Source: an uncultured bacterium
GTDB lineage: Bacteria; Babelota; Babeliae; Babelales; RVW-14
NCBI GenBank assembly: GCA_963759805.1
Contig: CAVXAT010000009.1
Location: 8,635 to 40,634 of the forward strand
Length of the DNA: 32,000 nucleotides
Direction: 5' to 3'
Positions 7,718 through 16,098 of this stretch are shown piece by piece (within the stretch, counting starts at the first letter, position 1; every line of letters starts with the position of its first letter). The notes beneath the pieces were generated by a model, which was given only the letters and a program-made list of their open reading frames with translations, was not told the DNA's origin and made no database searches. The position numbers and the translations under genes are program-made.

Positions 7718-10700
7718 TTATAATTCTATAGAGATACCAACGCTACAATCAGTTTGTAGTTTCAAAAGCGTATCAAGCGCGCAGCTTACTTTTTGTCTTG
7801 AAAAAACAGTTAGAAGTTGATCATTTTCATTAAACTTAAATTTAAGTGGAATGCTTCCTGCCGGAAGCAATGTTTTGATCTGATTCATTTGTGCGTCAGT
7901 TGTTGAGCGCGGTAGTTTTAGCGTTAATCCTTGAATGTTTTCACATTTATCGAAGAAGTGTTCGATTGGGATCATTTTGTTTGCTTTGATTTTACACTTA
8001 TTCTGAGAAGTGATATCAAGAGCACCGCGAATTACAAAGACATTGTACTGTCCAAGCAAAGATCCGACGTCTTTGAATACTGATGGAAAGACTATGATTT
8101 CACAATGACCTGAAAGATCTGCAAGATCGACAAATGCCATGCGATCGCCTTTTTTAGTTGTGATTTCTTTGTAGCCCTGTACAAAACCCACCACTGTTAC
8201 AAATGGTTCTTTAACAGAATTAATTGTTTTTATTTTATCTAGGCAATCAGTAAAACTTTCGGTCTTTAGCCATTTAATCTGGGGATAACTTTTTAGTGGA
8301 TGTGAGCTTAGATAAAAACCAATGACCTCTTTCTCTTTTTCCAGTTTCTCTTTGTCCGAAAATTCCGGCAATAATTGAAATGCATAAGCAGGATATCCTG
8401 AATCAAGAGATCCTGAATCCCGCCTACGCCCTGCCGTGGCTACGTCGGGCACGGCAAGTTCCTGGCTTTGTGCTGTTGATTCTGGCTGTGCGCTCATACC
8501 AAACAGATCCATCTGCCCTGTTTTTTCTTTCTCCTTTTCTGCGTGGGCTATGTCAATAATCTTATCAATTTCGGCTATCTTTTGTGCGCGATTGCCCGGC
8601 AAGCAGTCGAATGCTCCGGCGTATGTTAAATTTTCAAGGACTCTTTTATTTGCCGTTCGTAAATCCACTCTCTTACAAAAATCGAGTAAATCTGAAAATG
8701 GCTTTTTATCTCTCTGCTCAAGAATGTTTACAAGTGCTGCTCCCCCAACGTTTTTAATTCCCTGTAATCCAAAAACAATTTTTCCCTCAGCCGATTTAAA
8801 TTCCGAATCAGACAGATTAATATTTGGTGGAATCATCGTTAACCCCATATCCTGAATTTCATGCAGATAAAGTTCAAATGCATCAGGGTTGCTTGTTTCT
8901 AATGAGATTAAGCTGGCCATAAATTCATTGGGGTAGTGTGATTTTAGATATGCTGTGTGATAGGCAATTAAGGCGTAAGCCGTAGAGTGGGATTTATTAA
9001 ATCCATACCCGGCAAAGTAAGCCATCAAGTCAAACAGTTCGACCGCTTTTTTTTCATCAAATCCACGTTCTTTGGAGCCTTTAACAAACAACACCTTTTG
9101 TTGCTCCATAACTTCAAATTTTTTCTTACCCATGGCTTTACGCAGAATGTCTGCGCCGCCTAACGTGTAGCCTGCTATTGCAGATGCAATCTTCATAACC
9201 TGTTCTTGATAAACGATGACGCCATAAGTCTCTGACAACACCGGTTCAAGTTCCGGGAACATATACGTTGTCTTTTTACGGCCGTGACGACGGTCAATGT
9301 AATCGTCGACCATGCCCGAGCCAAGTGGGCCGGGGCGGTAAAGTGCGTTAACTGCAATTAGGTCTTCAAATTTGTCCGGTTGCAGCTTGCGCAAAACATC
9401 TTTAATCCCATCGGATTCAAACTGGAATATTCCGTTTGAATTTCCATCGCACAAAAGTTTAAATGCCTTGTCATCATAAAGCGGTAGGGTATCAAGATCG
9501 ATTTCCACGCCATGATTTTTTTTGATGGCTTTCAGCGTGCGGTCAATGACGGTTAAGTTTTTCAGGCCAAGAAAGTCCATCTTTAAAAAGCCAAGAGCTT
9601 CAAGATCGGTCATTGAGTATTGCGAGACTAAATCGTCAGATTTAGATGGAACATAAAGTGGCATTGTTTCTTGCAGTGCCGTTGGTGATATTACAATTCC
9701 GGCCGCATGTTTTGAAGCGTGTCTGGTTAACCCTTCAAGGGTTAAGGCTATCTCAAAAAGTTTCTGCACTTTTGGATTTGATTGTATTAAATCTTTTAAT
9801 TTGGGTTCCTGCTCAATGGCTTCTCCCAATGTTATTTTTAACTGCTCCGGAATTAGGTCCGTAATTGCATTTGCATCTTGAAACGGAAAGCCAAGTACCC
9901 GAGCGACATCTTTAAGCACACCTTTGGCCATCATTGTTCCGAATGTAATGATTTGGCATACGCAGTCATGTCCGTACTTTTCTTTGACGTAATCAATGAC
10001 TTCTTCTCGTCTTTCGATGCAAAAGTCTATATCTATATCAGGCATGCTTATACGTTCGGGGTTTAGGAAGCGCTCAAAAAGTAAATTAAATTTTAATGGG
10101 TCAACGTTTGTGATCTCAAGCGCCCATGCGACAAGAGATCCTGCGGCAGAACCTCGTCCGGGGCCGATGGGAATACCTTGACGTTTTCCCCACTGAATGA
10201 AATCACTGACTACCAAAAAGTAGCCCACAAAACCCATTTTTTCAATTAAATCGACTTCGAGTTTTAAGCGTGCATCGTACTGTTCAAACTGATCCGCAGG
10301 GATTAAATTTTTCTGTTTTAATTTATCAAGACCTGTTGTACACAAGTGTTCAAAAAAACTTTCTGGTGTATGTTGTTCCGGAATTGGGAATTTGGGGAAG
10401 AACAGTTTACCAAACACGAAATTAAATTCACATCTGTCTGCTATTTCCCCGGTGTGCCACATGGCGTCTAGTGCATCCGGGTTGCCTTTAAAAGATTCAC
10501 GAATTTCTTCTTCTGTCCTGAGGTGTCCCGAAAATTCTCCAAATGAGAATCGCTTAGGGTTGTCTATCTGATCTTTTGTTTGTATTGAAAGCAGGACTTC
10601 GTGAGCGTCATGATCCTGTTTGTTTACAAAGTGGGCGTCGCAACCGACGGTTAATGGAACTCCCCATTTTTTGCTGTACTCAATTAAAAGTGGATTTGTG

Positions 10701-11245
10701 ATTCGGTTAATTTCAATCTCCGGTGGTGCAATTTCGAAATAAAATCTGTCGCCGAGCAGGTTTTTCATGAAAGTGGTTCGTGTTTCAGCCTCTTGAATGT
10801 TTCCGTCGCGCAGTAATGTTGGTATATGTCCGCCAACACATGCAGTTGTAATAATTAGGCCTTGCGAATATTTTTCGAGTTGGGCGTAATCTATTCGAGG
10901 CTTGAAGTAGAATCCGTCTTGGTATGCAAACGAGAATAACCGGCACAAATTTTTGTAACCTTGTTCATTCTGCACAATTAGCATTATATGATGATATCGG
11001 TCTTTGTTATCTTTGATTTTTGCATCGGGAGTTATATACATCTCAACGCCAAGAATGGGCTTTATGCCTTCTTTCTTAGCCAACTGGAAGAATTTAATTG
11101 CACCAAAAATATTGCCATGATCAGAAATTCCGACGGCTTTCCAGTTATTTTGCTTGCAAAATTTTAGCAAGTCAGGAATTTTTATTGCTCCATCAAGCAG
11201 CGAAAATTCGGTATGTAAATGCAGATGTACAAAATGCTTATCCAT
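7718..11245 (-). CDS. dnaE: DNA polymerase III alpha subunit
   Basis: 1175 aa. N-terminal PHP domain (HLHLHTEFSLLDGA), polymerase core (PDIDIDF, KMDFLGLKNL, YRPGP), HhH region and C-terminal OB fold. Confidence 0.97.
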   Translation of the reverse strand: MDKHFVHLHLHTEFSLLDGAIKIPDLLKFCKQNNWKAVGISDHGNIFGAIKFFQLAKKEGIKPILGVEMYITPDAKIKDNKDRYHHIMLIVQNEQGYKNLCRLFSFAYQDGFYFKPRIDYAQLEKYSQGLIITTACVGGHIPTLLRDGNIQEAETRTTFMKNLLGDRFYFEIAPPEIEINRITNPLLIEYSKKWGVPLTVGCDAHFVNKQDHDAHEVLLSIQTKDQIDNPKRFSFGEFSGHLRTEEEIRESFKGNPDALDAMWHTGEIADRCEFNFVFGKLFFPKFPIPEQHTPESFFEHLCTTGLDKLKQKNLIPADQFEQYDARLKLEVDLIEKMGFVGYFLVVSDFIQWGKRQGIPIGPGRGSAAGSLVAWALEITNVDPLKFNLLFERFLNPERISMPDIDIDFCIERREEVIDYVKEKYGHDCVCQIITFGTMMAKGVLKDVARVLGFPFQDANAITDLIPEQLKITLGEAIEQEPKLKDLIQSNPKVQKLFEIALTLEGLTRHASKHAAGIVISPTALQETMPLYVPSKSDDLVSQYSMTDLEALGFLKMDFLGLKNLTVIDRTLKAIKKNHGVEIDLDTLPLYDDKAFKLLCDGNSNGIFQFESDGIKDVLRKLQPDKFEDLIAVNALYRPGPLGSGMVDDYIDRRHGRKKTTYMFPELEPVLSETYGVIVYQEQVMKIASAIAGYTLGGADILRKAMGKKKFEVMEQQKVLFVKGSKERGFDEKKAVELFDLMAYFAGYGFNKSHSTAYALIAYHTAYLKSHYPNEFMASLISLETSNPDAFELYLHEIQDMGLTMIPPNINLSDSEFKSAEGKIVFGLQGIKNVGGAALVNILEQRDKKPFSDLLDFCKRVDLRTANKRVLENLTYAGAFDCLPGNRAQKIAEIDKIIDIAHAEKEKEKTGQMDLFGMSAQPESTAQSQELAVPDVATAGRRRDSGSLDSGYPAYAFQLLPEFSDKEKLEKEKEVIGFYLSSHPLKSYPQIKWLKTESFTDCLDKIKTINSVKEPFVTVVGFVQGYKEITTKKGDRMAFVDLADLSGHCEIIVFPSVFKDVGSLLGQYNVFVIRGALDITSQNKCKIKANKMIPIEHFFDKCENIQGLTLKLPRSTTDAQMNQIKTLLPAGSIPLKFKFNENDQLLTVFSRQKVSCALDTLLKLQTDCSVGISIEL
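8419..8449 (-). repeat. GC-rich hairpin motif copy inside dnaE, on the sense strand (stem CCCG/CGGG, loop ACGTAGCCACGGCAGGGCGTAGG)
   Basis: The minus strand reads CCCGACGTAGCCACGGCAGGGCGTAGGCGGG. It is translated in frame as part of ...VPDVATAGRRRDSG.... It sits in a local GC spike within the AT-rich gene. Confidence 0.55.
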
Positions 11246-11385
11246 AAGACCCAGCTATTTTAAAAATTACCGTTATTACAAGTTCTAAAGCTTAACTAAT
11301 TTTTGAATAAATGTTGAGCTGATTTATTTTAAAAATTTTCATATGAATCCCTGAGGGTGTGGCGCATATTAATGGTAGGATCTAA

Positions 11386-12217
11386 GTGATTCAAAGAACA
11401 GTAGTTTTTCCAATAGTTCTCGACAAAGCGCAAGCGGAAGCCCTTGGCGAAACCGCAAGGCTTTACAAAGAAGCCTGGCAGCATTGCATTGATGTTGCAT
11501 GGGATTCCGAAGAACTGTCTGCCATAGATCTTCACAAAAAAGTCTATGCATTGCTGAAGGCAAGGCTTGGTCTTAAATCTCAATATCTGTGTTCTGCGAG
11601 AAATAGAGCGGTAGAAAATGTTAAGGCAGTAAGAATTCTTTCGAAAAAAGGAATAAAGACGTGCAAGCCGGAGCTTAGGCATGTTCCAATTCGTTTGGAT
11701 GCCAGAACACTTTCGTTTGACAAGCCTAGGGAAACAGCTTCTGTTGCAACTCAACAAGGAAAATTGCGATCGAATTGTAGCAAAAGAATTGATTTCTAGG
11801 CTTCAGCCTGGAGATACTGTGGTTTTGGAACGATTGACCAACATAAGAAAGCGCTGTGGTGAAAAGGGAAGGGCCCGTAAAAAGCATAGGGCTCATATGG
11901 GAAGGTGGAGTTTTAATCGCGTTGAAAACGCAATTAATTACGGTGCAGAGTTGCATGGAATTTACGTTGAATACGTTGAACCGCATTATACGTCTCAAAC
12001 ATGTTCTCAATGTAATATTGTGCTCAAAACAAATAGAAAAAGCCAATCTCTTTACTCCTGTTCGTGTGGTCTTATGTTAAACGCAGATCTCAATGCTGCT
12101 AGAAATATTTCAAACAAGTGGTGTATTGCCAATGGCTATATACCCGGGCTGCCTGTCAACCAGCCTATTGTAGCGAGTTACCTGTCCTCCGTAGCCACGA
12201 AGGGCGAAGGAGGATAA
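11386..12217 (+). pseudogene. tnpB: tnpB (RNA-guided nuclease of IS200/IS605) remnant: frameshifted and internally deleted
   Basis: The N-terminal frame (11386-11799) matches the TnpB N-terminal pattern. The C-terminal frame (useful from about 11755 to 12217) has RuvC-II (VVLERL), a Zn finger (CSQCN...CSCG) and RuvC-III (NADLNAARNI). Two frames and about 277 codons in total, versus about 380-410 for intact TnpB. No GxDLG RuvC-I motif is present. Confidence 0.8.
12185..12214 (+). repeat. GC-rich hairpin motif copy at the tnpB 3' end (stem TCCTCC/GGAGGA, loop GTAGCCACGAAGGGCGAA)
   Basis: Read directly. It lies in the region where TnpB omega-RNA scaffolds are normally encoded (last part of the ORF plus the right end). 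Confidence 0.6.
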
Positions 12218-12397
12218 AAATTCAGTTACAAGCTTTCGACTTTAGTCGAGAGTTGTTGACGTTGCTTAATAACTGGCTATTAATGGCTTGCGCATAATTC
12301 AGTTAAAAAAACAAATATCTTTATCTAGATGATCACTAGCGATTATTCTAACTGACAGAATTAAGTATTTGGATGTCCATACTATTGGAGGGAGAGT

Positions 12398-13402
12398 ATG
12401 AAAAAACGGTTTCGCGTGAAATTTTTTGCGTGCGTGTCCTTCTCGCTCTGTATTTTTCAAGTTGATGCCGCACGTCGATGCCAAGAGTGCCAAGATGTTG
12501 TTGTGGACAATGTTGTAGTGCAAAAGGGACTTAGTGATTGTCAAGGGTACTACGACGCTATTAAGCCCATATTAGATCGATACAAACGTCCTATTACGGT
12601 ACTTGATCTTGGTGCCGGACAAGGATATTTTTCATTTCGTATAGCCCATGATTATGATTCAACATGCATTATGGTTGAGGATAATCGTGATTCATCTCGA
12701 CGGGCCGACCAACTCTTAGAGCTTTGTCATTTGAACTCTCATTTGCAAAACATAGTTCTTTTAAAAGAAAAAATGTCATTGCAAGAGTTGCAAAAGCTTG
12801 CCGATTGTGAGCATTTTGATGTTGTTTTGGCTTTTGATTATATTAATCCTGAAAGTCGCCATTGGAAACAAAAAATTAATGCGATATTACGCCTGGGGAA
12901 CAATATATTTATCCAGGCTCCTTGGTCCTCAGAAAACGAGGCAGCAAGAAGTGTTGTTGAGTTTCTTGCTAAACGATCTGGAAAATTGATTTTACAAACT
13001 CCTTGTGCATATGAACCCAAAATTGAAGAGCAAATGTTTTGGTTGCAGCGCAGTAAAGAATGGTTGTACTGCAAGTGTTTTGCTTACCAGAGTAAGGATT
13101 TATTCCGTATTGAAAGCTCTTATGTGCACAAGACCTTGATTAAAAAAGGCCATTCATCTGGTCCCGAATGGAAAAAGGGAATAAATCTTGTAACATTTCT
13201 TATGCTTAATGGTACATATCCAACTAAAAAAAGTATTAAGCAAGCAGTATCCCGACTTACAAGAGAAAGACTAATGGATTTTGTGCCAAAGAACCTAATA
13301 GTACAAGGCAGTAATATTGCGCTTATCGACCAAAATGATAAAGAATGGCGTGAAGTTGATATACAAAGAAGTTTAGAATTCATAAATGATGTCATCGATT
13401 AA
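12398..13402 (+). CDS. Class I SAM-dependent methyltransferase with N-terminal signal peptide
   Basis: 334 aa. The N-terminus MKKRFRVKFFACVSFSLCIFQVDA looks like a Sec signal. Motif I VLDLGAGQGYFSF is followed by an acidic post-I residue (MVEDN) and VVLAFDYI. GGAGGGAG RBS upstream. Confidence 0.7.
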   Translation: MKKRFRVKFFACVSFSLCIFQVDAARRCQECQDVVVDNVVVQKGLSDCQGYYDAIKPILDRYKRPITVLDLGAGQGYFSFRIAHDYDSTCIMVEDNRDSSRRADQLLELCHLNSHLQNIVLLKEKMSLQELQKLADCEHFDVVLAFDYINPESRHWKQKINAILRLGNNIFIQAPWSSENEAARSVVEFLAKRSGKLILQTPCAYEPKIEEQMFWLQRSKEWLYCKCFAYQSKDLFRIESSYVHKTLIKKGHSSGPEWKKGINLVTFLMLNGTYPTKKSIKQAVSRLTRERLMDFVPKNLIVQGSNIALIDQNDKEWREVDIQRSLEFINDVID

Positions 13403-13609
13403 TCATCAGCATGTGGTGTTTTAAACCTTCTTAAACAAGATAATAAGCGGCATATAAGGAAGCGCACGCGTAACTGGCTAAGTCGTTTAATATGGAAGGG
13501 CCGTACGGACTGATTTTTTGTTAATATTGCAAATAAATACTGTTTAATTATATTTAAACCTTGTTATTCGTGATTTTTACGTTACGGCGAATTACTGGGG
13601 GAATATAAG

Positions 13610-14692
13610 ATGGATCAGCTTATACCAAAAGAATTACTGGAGAAAAGTAGTAAAATTTTATTTATTGATGGCATTGCCATCGGAGATTTTTCGTACCTGC
13701 ATAACTGTTTTAAGGCTTTATCCGAGCAGTATCCTAATCTTAAAATCGATCTATGGGTTGATGAGTATAGAGGTAAAAGTTGTTTATTCCGCTGGAAAAG
13801 CAAAAAACATGATATTGTATATGAGTGGCTCGAATCCTGCTCTTTTTTTAACAAAATTTATAAAAATGTTGGGGCATGGTGGAATATGCCTGGGTTTTTC
13901 AAGCAGCTGAGGCAAGAAAATTATTCGATTATTGTATGTGCGTTGAATGCAAGACCAAAAAGAACTGCAAGATTTGCAAAAATCATAGCGCCACAAAGTT
14001 TTATTGTTACATCTACTGATTCTATTAACACGTTAAAAATTGCTTTTATAAGAGATTTTTTTACGTACCAATTTGAAAAGATTTTTGGTATTAATATCCC
14101 AGATTCGCAAAAGAAATTATCTTTTAATATTGATAAAAAATGGATTGATGATGCTAGGGCCAAGTTTTTGACATGGGGAATTAAAGAAAAACAGGATAAG
14201 ATTATATTTTTAAATTCTTTTGCCAAAATTGAAAATCGTTGTTGGGATATTGATAGTGTTATTGATTTGATAAAAAAAATTAAACAAGAAGAGCTTTTTT
14301 CAAGTGAAACTTGCTCAAGCGAAGCTTGCTCAAAATTAAGTTTTATTATCAACGCATTACCCGAAAAAAGAGAGTTAATTGAGGATATTGTGAAATGCAA
14401 CTCGTTGAAACACGTTCATGTTTTTACTGCAAGCAAGAGCTTTTTTGAATTACCGTCGATTATCTCTTTGTGTGATTTAGTTATTTCCGTAGACACATCT
14501 GTTATTCATTTGGCGAATGCCTTGAATATTCCATTGGTTGGCTTAGTAAGACAGAAAAATGCGATCTGGACTCCCAAATCAGAGAAATCCTCTTTTATTT
14601 ACACAAAAAACAGGCGAGAATGGACTAGCGATATATCTGTAGCTGACGTATTTGAGGTTGTTAAGGAATCTGCTAAAAAAATTTGCTCTTAA
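13610..14692 (+). CDS. Glycosyltransferase family 9 (LPS heptosyltransferase-like)
   Basis: 360 aa. The N-terminal ILFIDGIAIGDFSYL...LKIDLWV and the C-terminal DLVISVDTSVIHLANALNIPLVGL match the GT9 pattern. Confidence 0.8.
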   Translation: MDQLIPKELLEKSSKILFIDGIAIGDFSYLHNCFKALSEQYPNLKIDLWVDEYRGKSCLFRWKSKKHDIVYEWLESCSFFNKIYKNVGAWWNMPGFFKQLRQENYSIIVCALNARPKRTARFAKIIAPQSFIVTSTDSINTLKIAFIRDFFTYQFEKIFGINIPDSQKKLSFNIDKKWIDDARAKFLTWGIKEKQDKIIFLNSFAKIENRCWDIDSVIDLIKKIKQEELFSSETCSSEACSKLSFIINALPEKRELIEDIVKCNSLKHVHVFTASKSFFELPSIISLCDLVISVDTSVIHLANALNIPLVGLVRQKNAIWTPKSEKSSFIYTKNRREWTSDISVADVFEVVKESAKKICS

Positions 14693-14722
14693 AGCCCCGG
14701 AATAGATCCAGGGGCTTTTTTT
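14693..14722. terminator. Rho-independent terminator between convergent GT9 gene and frr
   Basis: GCCCC (14694-14698) pairs with GGGGC (14711-14715). A T7 run follows on the + strand and an A-run flanks for the opposite direction. Confidence 0.7.
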
Positions 14723-14758
14723 AAAAAAATTAACAAAAAAGTTAAGCAGATTAAAAGC

Positions 14759-15346
14759 TTAAACAGCTCTTAGTTCGCCTGCCTTTTTCTCATATAAATC
14801 ATCGGCTTTTTTGATAAATTCATCAGTGATTTTCTGGAGTAATGTGCTGAGCTTTTCGGCAAAGTCTTCAGAAATTATATGTTTTTTATCAGCATCTCTG
14901 ATCTCATTGTGAATATCTTTACGAGTGTTTCTTATTGCAACTCTGCATTCTTCAACCTTTTTTCCAAGAATTTTGACCAACTCTTCACGTCTTGTAGTAC
15001 TCATCTGAGGCAGTTGAATTCTTATGATTTTACCATCATTTGCGGGTGTTACTCCGAGGTCTGATGATTGAAGTGCCTTTTCAATATCGCCGATAATGCT
15101 TGGATCCCAAGGTTGAATTGTTAGTAATCTTGCATCAGGGGCTGCCAATGTTGCAAGTTCTCTTAACCCCATTAATTGACCATAGCATTCGACTTTTAGA
15201 CCTTCGAGCATACTGACGTTTGCTCGGCCGGTTCTGATTGCCAAAAGTTCTTTCTCAAAATGTTTGAGTGCTTTATCCATTTCCGCTTTTGTAAGGGTCT
15301 CAATACTTTTTGAATCACCCTCAATAAATGCTATCTCTTCCATCAT
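14759..15346 (-). CDS. frr: Ribosome recycling factor
   Basis: 195 aa with the typical RRF pattern (LAIRTGRANVSMLEGLKVECYG, LRELA...P, TTRREELVK). Confidence 0.95.
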   Translation of the reverse strand: MMEEIAFIEGDSKSIETLTKAEMDKALKHFEKELLAIRTGRANVSMLEGLKVECYGQLMGLRELATLAAPDARLLTIQPWDPSIIGDIEKALQSSDLGVTPANDGKIIRIQLPQMSTTRREELVKILGKKVEECRVAIRNTRKDIHNEIRDADKKHIISEDFAEKLSTLLQKITDEFIKKADDLYEKKAGELRAV

Positions 15347-15359
15347 AAACCCTTCAAAT

Positions 15360-16097
15360 TTAACTTATTGTACTGCCAAAATTCAAATCTTTTGAGACTT
15401 TTAATAATGCATTTTTTTCAAACACATTAAAAACTCTTATTTTTACACTGTTTCCTGCGGCAAGCGTTATCGCTGTTGGGTCGATAATTTTTAAATTGTT
15501 TTCCAGAATTTTGGAATATCCAATCTCTTTAAATTTCTTTGCTTTTTTGTCAACCATTGGATCGGCTGAATAAACGCCGTCAACCTTTGTTGCTTTCCAA
15601 ACCTGTTTGGCTCCAATCTGTAGCGCACGCAAGACTGCATTGGTATCCGTTGTAAAAAAAGGATTACCGGTTCCTCCGACAAAAATAATTATTTTGTTTT
15701 CACTTAGCGCTGAATCAATCAGCACTTGATTAATTCTTGGAACCATTGAGTCAATCGAAAATGCACTTAAGACCACAGATTCCAGATTAGCTTGCCTAAA
15801 GATGTCTTGCAGTATTATCCCATTCATAACTGTTGCAAGCATTCCAACGGCATCTGCACCGGTCTGTTGCATCTTTAGCTGCACTCCCTGCTTAGATCCT
15901 CTAAAAAAATTGCCGCCACCTATTACGATTCCAAAATTGTTTTTAGTGGATAACTTTTTTATCTGGTCTGCAAAATCTTTGAGTCGTTCATGATTAAACC
16001 CATTAGGGGTATGTTCATTAGCATTACACCCGTCCGGATTGCATCCGTTCGGGCTGCGCAAAAACTCGCCACTTAATTTGATTAAAACAGATTCCAT
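15360..16097 (-). CDS. pyrH: UMP kinase
   Basis: The family pattern begins at MESVLIKLSGEFL (ATG 16097-16095), 1 nt after the tsf stop. The longer track ORF to 16169 overlaps tsf. Motifs GIVIGGGNFFRG, VFVGGTGNPFFTTD and KATKVDGVYSADP are present. Confidence 0.93.
   Translation of the reverse strand: MESVLIKLSGEFLRSPNGCNPDGCNANEHTPNGFNHERLKDFADQIKKLSTKNNFGIVIGGGNFFRGSKQGVQLKMQQTGADAVGMLATVMNGIILQDIFRQANLESVVLSAFSIDSMVPRINQVLIDSALSENKIIIFVGGTGNPFFTTDTNAVLRALQIGAKQVWKATKVDGVYSADPMVDKKAKKFKEIGYSKILENNLKIIDPTAITLAAGNSVKIRVFNVFEKNALLKVSKDLNFGSTIS
15993..16052 (-). repeat. In-frame 15-nt pentapeptide repeat in pyrH (PNGCN-PDGCN-ANEHT-PNGFN)
   Basis: The coding strand reads CCGAACGGATGCAAT CCGGACGGGTGTAAT ... 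CCTAATGGGTTTAAT. It lengthens the loop after the SGE motif. Confidence 0.7.
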
Positions 16098-16098
16098 A

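Larger units (their letters stand above)
11300..12252 (+). mobile_element. Decayed IS200/IS605-family (IS1341-type, tnpB-only) element; left boundary uncertain
   Basis: Contains the tnpB remnant and no tnpA. There is a subterminal hairpin CTTTCGAC-TTTA-GTCGAGAG (12233-12252) 3' of the ORF, as expected for a right end. TTAC tetranucleotides lie upstream (11268-11286). The left end is not defined. Confidence 0.55.

Noticed and set aside
8436-8855. 139-aa + strand ORF, together with 9646-9864, 9878-10066 and 9996-10181, inside dnaE
   Set aside because: They lie antisense to a strongly supported 1175-aa dnaE ORF. They have no RBS or recognisable motifs, so they are shadow ORFs.
11329-11757. 142-aa minus-strand ORF and other small ORFs overlapping tnpB (11369-11563, 11726-12046, 11856-12080)
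   Set aside because: They are antisense or alternative-frame ORFs within the tnpB remnant, with no motifs or RBS.
11386-12217. The tnpB remnant as a functional nuclease-dead TnpB-like repressor (TldR-type)
   Set aside because: The coding region is split across two frames with an internal deletion, so no single ORF covers it. It is treated as a pseudogene unless reads correct the frame.
13615-14400. Several 70-159-aa ORFs overlapping the GT9 gene on both strands
   Set aside because: They are AT-rich shadow ORFs within a gene that has clear GT9 N- and C-terminal motifs.
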